Shown piece by piece: positions 46,829 to 59,553 of a stretch of 64,000 nt of DNA. Below the pieces are notes generated by a model. The model was not told the DNA's origin. It saw only the letters and a program-made list of their open reading frames with translations, and searched no databases. The translations under genes were made by a program, and so were the position numbers. Origin of the DNA: Balamuthia mandrillaris (lineage: Eukaryota); contig JAVKOQ020000112.1 of NCBI GenBank assembly GCA_031835245.2, positions 1-64,000 on the forward strand, given 5' to 3'. Each line of letters begins with the position of its first letter. Within the stretch, counting starts at the first letter, position 1.

Positions 46829-47239
46829 TTAGGAAGATTGATCAAAGTTTTCCACGAGCTCTGGCACGTCGTCATCTCCACCCTTATCAGCAGCAGCAGC
46901 GGCAGCAGCGCTAGCGGCCTGGAGCACTTGGCTGGCCAATCCCTCAGCGCCAGCGGGGAACTGGAGCTTCTCGGAGCGTCCGGTCACCACGAGCATGTTG
47001 GCGCCGCCGGAGGTCTGGACCTTGGGGTTAGTGAAGTGAAGCACGGATCCGTCCTCGTGGAACATATCCACAGCCTCGATGCCGGGCAGCTCGTTGACGC
47101 CCATTCGGCCCAACTCGCTTTGCAGCCTCCTGTCATTGGTGGCGCCAGCTCTGGGCTTGGCCTTGTGCTTCCTCCTGGGAGTACCCTTGCCTCCGATGCG
47201 GACGTTGGCTTGCAGACGAGCGAGTTTGGCGGCTTGCAT
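46829..47239 (-). CDS. BTF3: Nascent polypeptide-associated complex subunit beta
   Basis: KLARLQANVRIGGKGTPRRK, LHFTNPKVQ, DDDVPELVENFD. Confidence 0.95.
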   Translation of the reverse strand: MQAAKLARLQANVRIGGKGTPRRKHKAKPRAGATNDRRLQSELGRMGVNELPGIEAVDMFHEDGSVLHFTNPKVQTSGGANMLVVTGRSEKLQFPAGAEGLASQVLQAASAAAAAAADKGGDDDVPELVENFDQSS

Positions 47240-47781
47240 GATGTTCCTCCGGTTTGATTTTTTTCCAACGCGTGTGCGTTTTGCTCTCTTCTTTTTTGTG
47301 TGACAAAAAATTGAGAAAAACTCTACCGAAAAAAAAAATTACGTGTTCTGAATTCTTTCCCTTTGTGGCATGTGGAAACGGAAGAGGCATTCCCCAAATT
47401 CTCAACCCTAGCCCAACTCGCAGGGAGCAGAACTGAATTGAGGGTTAGGGTTCCATCATAACGGGACACCTTCTTCCCGCTCGCGTGGATACACACATTT
47501 CTGTCGATTTTTGTCGACACGTAAACTCCGTATTTGTCCGTTTTCCGTTTTTTACGTCGACACCCAAAGCCCAAAAAAAAAAAATAAGGCACCACGCCTT
47601 TCTTTTGCCGCTGTCTCTCGGAAAGTCACTTCTAATTTATTTTTTATTTTTATATTTATTTTGTTGGTTGTTCTTTTGACGCGGTGACCTCTTTGTCAGT
47701 TTATCTTCTGTTGGGATCGTTGCGAAACCAAAAAAAAAAAGAGTAGCAGCAAAACACCAAAAAATAAAAAAACAATCAGTC

Positions 47782-49001
<1,220 letters not shown>

Positions 49002-49281
49002 TGAACGTGTATATATCTGTTCCCTGTCACTTGTTGCAAAACCCTCTCCGCTATGTTTTTGTGCCTTATCTCTCTTTGCTCTGTTTTTTTCCCTAATCTC
49101 TCTTGCAACAAATTGGAACAGTTTGCGTCTTTCTTTTCTTTTCTGTTTCGCTTCCTCACCTGCTCTCTCTCTCTCTCTCTCTCTTTCTCTCGATGTTCGA
49201 GAAAAGACAAAAAAAGAGGTGAAGATGGAGAGGCGGAAAAAATAAGGAACAAATAATATTAAAAAAAAAAGAATAAGAAGC

Positions 49282-50932
49282 TTACAGCCTATTCCAATAG
49301 GTCCATCCACGGATCTGGTTGTAGTCAGGATAAGTGGCGGCATCAACGGAGCCAACGGCGGCAACGACAGGATCCACATCGTTGAGGTACTGGTAGGCGA
49401 CCTGCCTGACCTGGTCAGCGGTGATGGCGTCGAGGCGGAGGTAGACTTCAGCGGGGGTGAGGCGACGGCCCAGCGTCAACAGCTGACGACCAATGTCTTC
49501 GCAGATGGCGGAGGTTCCGTCCAGCTGCATCAAGAAAGTGGACTTGAGCTTGTTCTTGGCGCGCTCCACCTCGGCCTCGGTGGCGGACTGCCCGATGCGA
49601 ACCCACTCGCCGACCACCTCGGCGATGGCGTCGGGGTGAGGGGCAATCTCGCCCACAATATAGGCGCCAAAGAGGCCTGTGTTGTGGTAGCAAGTGTTGA
49701 AGGACATGAGGCTATGGGCTAACTGCTCCGTAGCGAAGGCCTCGCACACCCTGCTGGACAGGTTCTTGCCACCTCCCAAGGAGCGGTCCCAGTTGCCTAC
49801 CATGGCCTGCAGCACCATGAACACAAAGTAGTTGGGGTCGCTCCAGCCGACGCTCTCCACGGCGATAGCTGTGTGTACCAAGGGGATGTCGTCGTTTCGC
49901 ACGTGCACCGCCGAGCCTACGAACTCTATATTTTGGGGGTAGTGGAAAAAAGAGGCGAAGCGTCAGGAGTTTTCATTTTTTTTTTGTTTGTTTGTTTGTT
50001 TGTTTGTTTGTTTAAAGGAGAGAGAAAGGGGCAGAGAAAGAAAAAGAGGGCAGAAAAATAAAGAATAAACAAAAAACCAGAACAAGAACGAAAAGATAGT
50101 GGAAAAAAAAAAAGGAATACGAACCAACAGGGGGACGTCCACGCTGAGCGATTTTGTTTTCAGAGGAAAGGCGACCAAAGTGCTTTTCAGCGAGCTTGTG
50201 AAGCTCCTCATGGTCAACGGCGCCAGCAGCGGCAAGCACCATTCTGGGGGCAGTATAATGAGTTTCGATGTAGTCAGTGAGGTCCCTCTTGGAGATGTTG
50301 CGAATGTTCCTCTCAGGGCCGAGGATGGTGTAGCCCAGAGAGCTGCCCTGGTAGGCAATGGAGTGAAGGTGGTCCACGATGACTTCGTCAGTCTGGCTCT
50401 CCACCTCCTCCATTTCACGCAGGATCACTCCTCTCTCCCTCTCGATCTGCTGCTCTCCAAAGGTGGAGTTTTGCAAGATGTCTGCCAAGATCTCGACGGC
50501 CTTGCCGACGTCCTTCTTGAAGACGTGAGCGTGATAGACGGTTTGTTCGCGGGAGGTGTAGGCGTTGAGGTTGCCGCCCATGTTCTCAATCTCTTGTTCG
50601 ATTTGCTTCTCGGTGCGGTTGTTGGTGCCCTTGAAGGCCATGTGCTCCAAAAAGTGGGCAACGCCGTTGGTGCGCTCGTCCTCGTAGGCGCTGCCAGCGT
50701 CGATCCACACGCCAACGGTGGCGGTCTCTCCGTAGCGATACTCGCTGGCCACGCGGAGCTGGTTGGGGAGCGTGGTGACCTGTGTGGGGGTTTGGTTGAG
50801 GAGGTAAGGGGGAAGGCCCAACCTCCGCTCCGTGGCGCGAGCCTCCGCTACGCCGGCGTAGCACCTCTTGCCCAAGGCGCGGGCCTGAAAGAGATTGCCA
50901 GAGCTGGTGCGACTCAAACCGAAGAGTTTCAT
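49282..50932 (-). CDS. PMPCB: Mitochondrial processing peptidase beta subunit
   Basis: Presequence, TVGVWIDAGS, NGVAHFLEHMAFKGT (HxxEH), LNAYTSRE, CEDIGRQLL. Confidence 0.96.
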
Positions 50933-51630
50933 CTTTTAGTGGTGGTGGTGGTTGGGGGAGGTGGTGAGGTTTTTTAAAGCAGTGTTTTACTGTCTATTTA
51001 CTCCTGCGAGAAGATCAAGATGTGCTACTGGTAGAGTGACCGAGCAGAGAGAGATTGGCGCGCACTGAGACCACTGCTGCTGCTTCTGCCTTTCCCCCCT
51101 TATTTCAAGCTCTACTGTTTTTGTGCCCAATTTTTTTTATTATTTTTTTTTTTGTCGCAGAGCCCTAAATACATCATCGATGTGTCCCATTGGCCAACGG
51201 ATAATGTCCAAATCAGCGCTCGAGAAGAAAGCACAACCGGACCCCAATCGAAGCAAGGGGCAGGGCGGTGGGTGAGGATGATGCTGTATGGAACAAATAG
51301 CTTACGTCAGCACACTGTGATTGGGTAAAGCCGAAACTCCGCCGAACGAAAAGAAAATGACGATTGACCCTCGCGTTACACCCGAGGACGGACGGAAAGC
51401 ATTTTTTTTTATTTTGTATTTGCGGGGGTTATTTTTTCAGTGTTGTTGTTGAACGGAAAAAAACCCAAAGCACAAGTGTCTTGGGTACGTGCTTACTGCC
51501 CTTCTGCCTTGGCCACTCGATCTTCTTCTCTTTTGATCAAGCGAGAGTCAATTCTTGACCTGCTAGTAGTCCTAACTTGCGCTTCTTTTCTAGTCTTATC
51601 TCCACCACCACAAAAACTAAATCAAGAAAC

Positions 51631-53330
51631 ATGTCTGACGCTGCCGTCAAAGCCTTGGAAGCTCGCCTTAGCGCCGCTCTGCAACGCCTCGACCAGGTGG
51701 AGCGCCAATTGGCCTCTGGTGGAGGTGCTGCTCCCGCTGCCTCTTCCTCTTCCTCCTCCTCTGCTGGCGGAGACGGCTCTCCCAAGCTCGCTGCCTTTGA
51801 TGCCATCCTCTCCGCCATTGATGAGTACCACCAAATCTCTGGCCAGTTGGACCCGCTGATCAAGCAACAGGCTGATCTTGTGCGCCAGGCCTGGCAGGCT
51901 CACCGCGGCTTCCTCGCCGTTGCCGCCAAGTGCAAGAAGCCCAGCGACACCGTCCTGGGACAGCTCTTGCAGCCCATCTCCAAGATTGTGGGCGAGGTCA
52001 TTGAGATTCGCGACCGTAACAGACCCGCTGAGGCCTTCAACCACCTCTCCACCATCAGCGAGGGCATTAGCTGCATCGGTTGGGTCACCGTTTCCCCCAC
52101 TCCTGGACCTTTTGTCGATGAGAGCAGGGCCTCTTCCGAGTTCTACTCCAACAAGATCTTGATGAAGTACAGAAAAGACGAGTCCGAGGAGGGACAGCGT
52201 CACGTACGTTGGGTTAGTGCCTGGAACGGCTTCATGAAGGACCTTCGCGCCTTCATTAAGGACCACCACACTACTGGCCTTTCCTGGACTGGGGTAATAT
52301 TCTTAGCCATTCCTCTTTCCTCTTTCCTTTACTGGAACTACCCATTTATTTAACTTCGCCGTTGACAAACAGTCTGAGGATGCCAGCGCCTACGTTGGCA
52401 AGGTTGCCGCTGGTGGCGCCCCAGCTGCTGGAGGCCCTCCTGCTGCTCCTCCCGCCCCTGCCCCCATCACACCCACCGTCGATACCGGCAGTGTTGCTCG
52501 TGGTGCTCTCTTTGCTGAGATCAATGCCGTGAAGGACCGCCAGAAGAGCGGAGCCACCGAAGGTCTCAGGAAGGTAACCAAGGAGATGAAGACAAAGAAC
52601 CAGCCCAAGTCTAGCGTGGTGCCTGCCTCCGCCACCGCTCCCAAGGCTGCCCCTAAGGCTGCTGCTGCCCCTAAGCAGCCCCCCAAGTTGGCCCTGGAAG
52701 GCAACAAATGGGTTGTGGTATGTTGTCTTGCCCGTAGCTTTTTTTTCAAGTCGCTACAATTGTTTTTAGAGATGTTCACCAACCGTTTTTCTTTTGTTGT
52801 AAAAACCAGGAATACCAATTCAACAACAGTAGCATTGTCATTGAGGAGACTGAAGCCAGACAAACCGTCTACATCTACAAGTGCGAGAACTCTGTCATTC
52901 AGATCAAGGGCAAGGTCAACGCCATCACAATTGGTATAGTTTCATCCTTCCTCTTCTCTCTCTCTCTCTCCCTCTCTCTCTTCACGTTGAACTGGACTAA
53001 TTAGAATAATTATCAGACTCTTGCAAGAAGACCGGTGTTGTGTTTGAGAACGCCATCGCTACCGCTGAGACTGTGAACTGCTCTTCCATCCAATTGCAGG
53101 TTACGGGTAAGGTTCCCAGCATTGCTGTGGACAAGACTTCTGGCTGCCAGATCTTCTTGAGCAAGGATTGCTTCGACGTGGAGATTGTTACCTCCAAGTC
53201 TGACGAGATGAACGTGGTGCTCCCCGCAGCGACCGAGGGAGGCGACATTGAGGAGTTGCCCGTCCCTGAGCAGTTCAAGACCAAGGTGCAGGGCCGCAGG
53301 CTCGTCACCGAGGCTGTGCAGCACATCTAA
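51631..53330 (+). CDS. CAP1: Adenylyl cyclase-associated protein (CAP/Srv2)
   Basis: FNHLSTISEGI, FYSNKIL, HHTTGLSW, a Pro-rich linker, GLRKVTKEMKT, and a CARP domain ending PVPEQFKT...EAVQHI. Confidence 0.96.
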
Positions 53331-53577
53331 AACGGTTTCTCTTACTTGTTGTTGTTTTTTAACTTGTGTTTTTTGTATTTCAGCATTAAAAGCAAAAAAG
53401 GCACCTTTGACCTATTCCCTTTTTTTTTTCTGGCGGCAAAGCAACAACTCGCCTGTGGTGAGAGCGAAGGAGGGTGTCCCATCTATGAAGGTGGAGTTCA
53501 CACTTCAGGCTTGAAGCGGGCGAAGATAAAAACACAATAAATAAACATAAATAAATAAGAGCCACAACAGCTCTGGT

Positions 53578-56500
53578 TTACAACAGTTCTTCGGGAGGTA
53601 AGGAAGCGACGCTCTCACGAAGAAAGCTGCTGTTGTTGCGAAGGGAGGTCACGTTTTGAGCATAGCAAGAGGGACAGGCCTCTTCGGGGCAGCAAAACAG
53701 GTGAAAGGCGTGCCCGCAGGGAAACACCACCACGTTGGTCGGCGGAATGGAGGTCATCTTTTCCATCAGAGGAAGGGTGCAGCATGGACAGGTTTGATAC
53801 TTAAGGCGAGCGCCCCAGTGACCCACGGTCATCTCCTCAAAGAAAGAAGGCACTGGTGTGGAGTAATCAAAGTCTAACACCAAGTCAAGCGAACCTTCTG
53901 CTGGTTGGTCAGAAGGAGATAGAAACAGCAGTTGCTTTTGGGTGATGAAAGGCGGCAGTTCTTTGTTTACGGCATCGCCTGAGTGGAGCTGGTGTTTGGT
54001 CTCTTTCTTGCGAAGAAGGTTGAATTGAGGGGCGATGGTGGGAGGGCGCTTCACTTTCTTGTCTGACCAAAAATATTCCAAAAGAATGTTGAGCATTTGG
54101 TGGTGCAATTCCTTTTGCTTGATGTCCGTTTGGATACACCGAATGAAGGAGGCATAGATGGATGGGCTAATGCCAGAGGAGAATAGTTCGTTGGAGTGGA
54201 GAATTTCCATGCACTTGTTTGCTCCCAGGCATATCACCATCATGGATACCACTTGTTCTTTGCTAATGTTGAAGGAGCATGGTGGTAGTTTCTCGTTTTC
54301 GCTTCGCAAGTCGTTCATTTTGTGGAGAATAAGGTCCCAGTGTGTTAGGCTTGTATCTGTGCGCATAAGAGCATGGAAAGACGGCCAGTCGTCGTTTTGG
54401 AGTATGGCATCAACGGCTTCTTCCCAGTGGTGTAACCGAAGACACAGTTCTTTGAATCCATAGTAGTAGCCATACCTTGGTTCATTAATTGGATTAGTAA
54501 TCATTCTAACAATACACGAGAAGTGAATCTACATACCTCCGACAAAGGTCTTTGAGGCAGGCGGCACTGTAAACGTATCTGTCGCACCCATGTATGATCT
54601 TTCGAAGCAGCCTTTCATTTCCGGAGTAAGGCTTCCACCTGCACGAATTTGTCCCTTGCAATGATGGTAATTGTCTACTGACGGTTGAGCCTGAAGGATA
54701 GTCAAGCATTGATTGATGCTTCTCCTCATCAGCTTCCTCTGCAAGGTCAATATCGTCTGGTAAGTTATTGACTTTCAGGCAATACTCGAACCAGGTTTCC
54801 ACCAGTTGAGGATCTTCCCTGCATTCCTTTCTCAGCTTCATGAGATGGGTGAGATACAACAGGAAGATGTGAGCCTTTTCCGCACGGTTTAGGCTCTGGA
54901 TCAGTTCATCGAAAAGGTGGTCGTTCTGAAGGGCCGCTGACTCAATATTCTCTTTGCGCTTGAATTTTCCTGCAAATGACAAGTGGTTGGAATCATCACT
55001 AGCGTTTTGCTGTTGGTGTTGTTGGAATTTTCGCCAAAGAGAAGGTGCTATTGAGGAGAGCCAAAACGAAGAAGACGAGATAGAGGAGCGCAGCTCATTC
55101 GGGCTTTCCTCAGAAAACAACAACAGTTGTTCCATCACATTCCACGGCTGGATTGATGGATAATTGGAAACGGCATATCTAACGACTGCCTGTGAAGAAG
55201 CAATCGCCAATAATCTGCCAAGATAGCGAAGGGATAGGCTCAAGCTGTTTTGCTTCCGCAACACCTCTAATGCCTCTTCGCTGCTTTGCTTTCCTCGCTT
55301 GGTGGCCCCACTCTTGCTTTGTTGCTGCTGAGTTCCTGTTTCCTCCTGTTCGGCTTGTTGCTTGAGTAACCGGTCTAACTTGCTCAAAACAGCCTTTGCC
55401 GGTAGATATACTGTTTGTAGGTTGTTAGGAGGGAGCGGACCTGCAGAGTAGCGCAGCGAGGATGTGGAGAGGCTCGAGGATTCTTCGTCAATGGGAGCGG
55501 CCTCGGCTCGCGGAGCTGGCTGCAAACAACAATCCTCCAGGAAAAGTAAGAACTTGATGCACCGTCTCTGTTCTCTGTTATTGCAAGCAAAGAACACTCG
55601 CGGCAGAATCAATAAACCAAAGTATCGCTCTATGTAAGCAATCACTTTGTCCTCCAACGAAGTTCTATCTTTTGACTCCAGCTCTTCTCCTATTTGCAAC
55701 TCAAGGCACGTCGTAAGCAGCTCTGATAACCAACTAGAGGGTAGGAAGTTTAACAGATCAGCCCCAAACAAGGTAGACGAGGCACGGTTCCGTTCCGCAA
55801 ACAAAGCTGCCCATTCCCTCAGGGACAACAGCCCGGCTTTAGTGCGTAGGTTAGTTAATTGTGGTCGTAGTAGCACATTTTGAGGGAAGAGAGGGAAGAG
55901 AGAGCGAGAGAGAGAGAGAGAGAGAGAGCAAAAGAGAGAAAGCGAGGAGATATCTCTAGGAGAGAGGGATTAGTACCTGGGTTAAACTTCTGGCTTTGTG
56001 GAACAGGTGAAGTGAGTAGCTCAAATAGGGTTCTAGAAAGCTCATATATTCGTATTTTCTTGTCTTCGGATTGGTTAGTGTGAAAGGTGGCAGCAGGGAC
56101 ATTGCCAGGATCCCCACTCACAGCCTCCTTTGGACTATCCTGTTGCCACTTGTAAAGTTTGCCCGAAGAAAAGGCAGAAAGGCTCGATACGCTCCTATGC
56201 AAAAGCGCGGTGGCGCTGGCTGCTGCATTGTTGTTACGCAACTTTTCCAGTGAAAATGAACTATCGGGTAGTGTTGATGAAGACGTTGAAGAAAAGGAGG
56301 CAGAACTATGAGTTGCAGTGGTGCCGGTTGTAACGTTGGCACTAACAGTGCTGTTAGAGGTAGTGGTGGCAGTCGCAGTGGCGGTGGTACTCATAGTGAC
56401 GGAGGCAGACGTAGCGAAAGAGGAGGAAGTTGAAAACATGCGGCTTAGATCATCTAATGAGGGCTTCTTTAGAGAAAGCGCCTCTGATGTTAGCTTGGCC

Positions 56501-59336
56501 GTTCTTTCCAAGTTTTTCTGCATTTCTTTGAAGTTGGAAGTCAATGACGGAGGCAAGCTGTAACCAAAGCCGAGGCCCTTGCCGCCAAAAGAGGGGGAAG
56601 AAGAGTTCGTGGTTTCTGTAGGCGTTACAACCATGCCTTCTTGCTTAGGCGCATCCATTTTGGGGACCATGTTGACTGGCAAAGAGCCAGTTTCTTGCTC
56701 CATCAGCAAGTTCTGTGCAAATTGTGCATCTTGTTGCTGCTGTTGTTGGGGTTGGTGTTCGTTGGGAAGAGAGGGCTGCTCCTTTAAAGGCGAATCATGA
56801 CCCTGAGGTAGTGACTGGTATGAGGTGTTCTTCTCTGATGGTGCGCTATTGTGCAGAGGTTGTTGGTTAGTTGTAGCAGCAGTTGTGGTGGGGGTAGGGG
56901 TAGTTGTTGCAGCGAGCGAAATGGGAGGTGGGGATGGCGATTGGGAACGCGGTGACGGTGAGGAGGATCGCGGTGACTCCGGCGAGGAACTGTCCCTCTC
57001 AGGAGAAGCTTCATGTGCAACAGGAACAGATGAAGAAGAGGAAGAAAGCGAAGGAGAGGATGTTGCAGATGAAGAAGGAGAAGCAAACGAAGTGGAAAAA
57101 GCTCGTCGTAGGGGGGTGTGAGAAACAGTCGTCGAACCCGAATTCCTACCGTTGCCGCGAAGAGGTAGATTGAGATTGGTGCTTGGAAGCATGTTGGAAG
57201 CGGATGGATCTGATATGGAAACGATGGTGGCTGGCTTTCGTTTGCCTTTGTTCTTGCGATCTGTTCCAGAGCGCTTCTTTCGTCTGTCGGTGTGTTCTCT
57301 CTTCCTAGGAACGGGAGCCACGACTACTGCTTCTGGTATGTCCTCGTTAATAGTTATTGAGTGTTGTTTGGCTTGAAGGTTATCTGCATAGAGATGTTCT
57401 TCAGCGGCGACTGGAGGAGCTAGAGAGGCTGCATCTTCTCTTTCTTCATTGCTACTTGTAGGCAAAGTATCAGGAGGAGGAGAAGGTGGCCATCCACTAT
57501 GTCCTGATAAAGTTTCAGTTTTTGCTGATAATCCTAAGGTACCATCAGCATCCTGTGTAGCAGAAGCAGCAGAAGAAGAAGGAGAAGAAGAAGGTGAAGA
57601 AGAAGAAGAAGAAGAAGAAGCAGAGGAGGAGGAGGAGGAGGTTTCGCGTAATACGGGACTATGGGATTGCGTGCTAGTTCCACTTTGCTCTATGGGCTCA
57701 TCGCTTGCCAATGTAGCTGTGACCACATCTACAGCCATCGGCTCTTCTACCGTCTTTACAGCACATGACTGCGAATAATACTGCGGAGACGACGCTTCCA
57801 CCGTTGCATTCTCCTTCTTATCCTCCCGTAAGGGTCTTAGTAGAGTAGGCAGCGATATTCTTGATACAATTGTTCGGTGGTTTTCTAAAGTTGGCTGCTG
57901 TTGAGCAGAAGAGGGTCCGTCCCAGTGGAGCAAATAAATACAGCCATCAACAAAAGCCAAGTCCTCTATTTTCCAAAAGCAAGTCCAGGCCACTATTTCT
58001 ACGGACTCCAAATCTATCAAGCATAGTGCGTTCTAGAAGGGATTCAATTGTTCTAGTCAATTATTCGAAAGCTAGAAACAAAGAAACAACAAGAAACGAC
58101 GAGAGGGAGAACCTGTGCTCTTTCAGAAGCGTCATCCCAGCACAGGATATAACGTGGAGGGAGGGATTCCTCTCCTATAGCAGCAGCACCCCGAAGAGGG
58201 ACCACTTTAGAGAATGCAACCGCAGAGAGAGCAGGGGATGGTTGGATGGAAGAGGCTGAGTCCGCTGTGTGGAAAGTAGAGGGAGGAATGCTGGCTATGG
58301 AGGCCTTGAAGTTAAGAGTTTTGAGAACGCGTGCGCTTTGGCTCTCCACAACCCACAACCGTTTGCCAGGGCGGGTGGCTATGGCACTCAGAGCAGCAGA
58401 AGGAGGAATGGAAGCGAATGAAGCAGAAGATTGCAAGAAACAAGCCCCATAGACGCCGTTGCGCAGCTTTTTGCCTATCTGCAGGCTCTGTGTGCCGTGC
58501 AATGGTCGGGACTGTTGTGGAGACGCACCTATCGCTCTATGAAGAGCAAGTAGCAAGCATCGCGTTAGCGTGGACACCAATAGTGACGGCTTGGGATTTC
58601 CTGTTGCCGCTTCCTCTTGCGGCTGTTGTTGCGCAGCAGAAGGAAGCAACAACGGAAGGTGAGGACAGTAGTCCATTTGTACAATGGCAGAGTCGGCCTT
58701 GAACACAAACTCGGAGAAGGCGGGCTTGCCCTTCTGGAAGCGAGTCAGCAGTATGACGCCATTCGAGTCACCGGAGAAGAGGCCTTCGCTCTTTGACCAC
58801 AGCATGCACGTTACAAGCGGTGCCCCTGCTGAAGCGGAGGAAGGAGTGGTAGAACCACCAGAAGAAGATAAAGAAGTGGAGGAGGAGCTGCTGTCCAAGT
58901 GAGCGCTTATCTTGGCGTACACTTTGTCCTTGTCTCGTCGTCGCTCTCGATTGAGGTTCGGTTTGACGATGTAAACAAGAGAGCCGGTGGCGATGGCAAA
59001 GAGAGTTTGGCTGGGACTGATGCGCACCTGCGAGATGGGCGCTCGTATGTCCAACGAGGAAAGCAGCTTGAGGAACCGCAGCGTGGCTCGCTCAAAGACG
59101 TAGAGTGTGCCTGTGTTGGTGCCGAAAATAAGGTAATCCGCAGAGGCGTCCATGCAGGAGTACTGCACGCGCGCGCCACTCCCTGCACCGCCTGAACGGT
59201 TCAACGCGGAACTTCCTCCTTCCTCTACCGCTTCTCCTCCTCCACTGCTGCCTCCAAAGTTCCATTGGACAGCCTCAAGGCTCTCGTACACCAACCTTTG
59301 TTCAACATTCTTTTGAGGAGTGGTAGTGGTAGCCAT
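53578..59336 (-). CDS. HPS5: HPS5-like (BLOC-2) WD40 protein with C-terminal RING-like zinc finger
   Basis: YSCMDASADYLIFGTNTGTLYVF, LFSGDSNG, IVQMDY, LLVSTLTRC, QIGKKLRNGVYGACF, TRPGKRLW. C-terminal CPCC...CGHAFHLFC...CPSC. Confidence 0.75.
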
Positions 59337-59553
59337 GTTCTCTTCGGCAGCTCCAGCTGCTGCTGCAGTCCTCCGCTACTTTCTTCTTTTCTGTCTTGAT
59401 TTTATGTCGACATCACAGATTGCAGCGAAGAGAGAGGCAGAGAGGAAGAACGGGAGACGAATGGTTTCTATGCAAACAAACTTGTTCCATTATTAAACGG
59501 TCGTTATAAATGTACAACAGAGGAGAAACTTTGGTCGGCAGGAGAAGGAGCCG

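Noticed and set aside
50099..52269. Long antisense ORFs opposite MPP-beta and CAP (also opposite TFB2, CDK8 and the MORN gene)
   Set aside because: Shadow ORFs caused by the GC3-rich codon bias of highly expressed genes.
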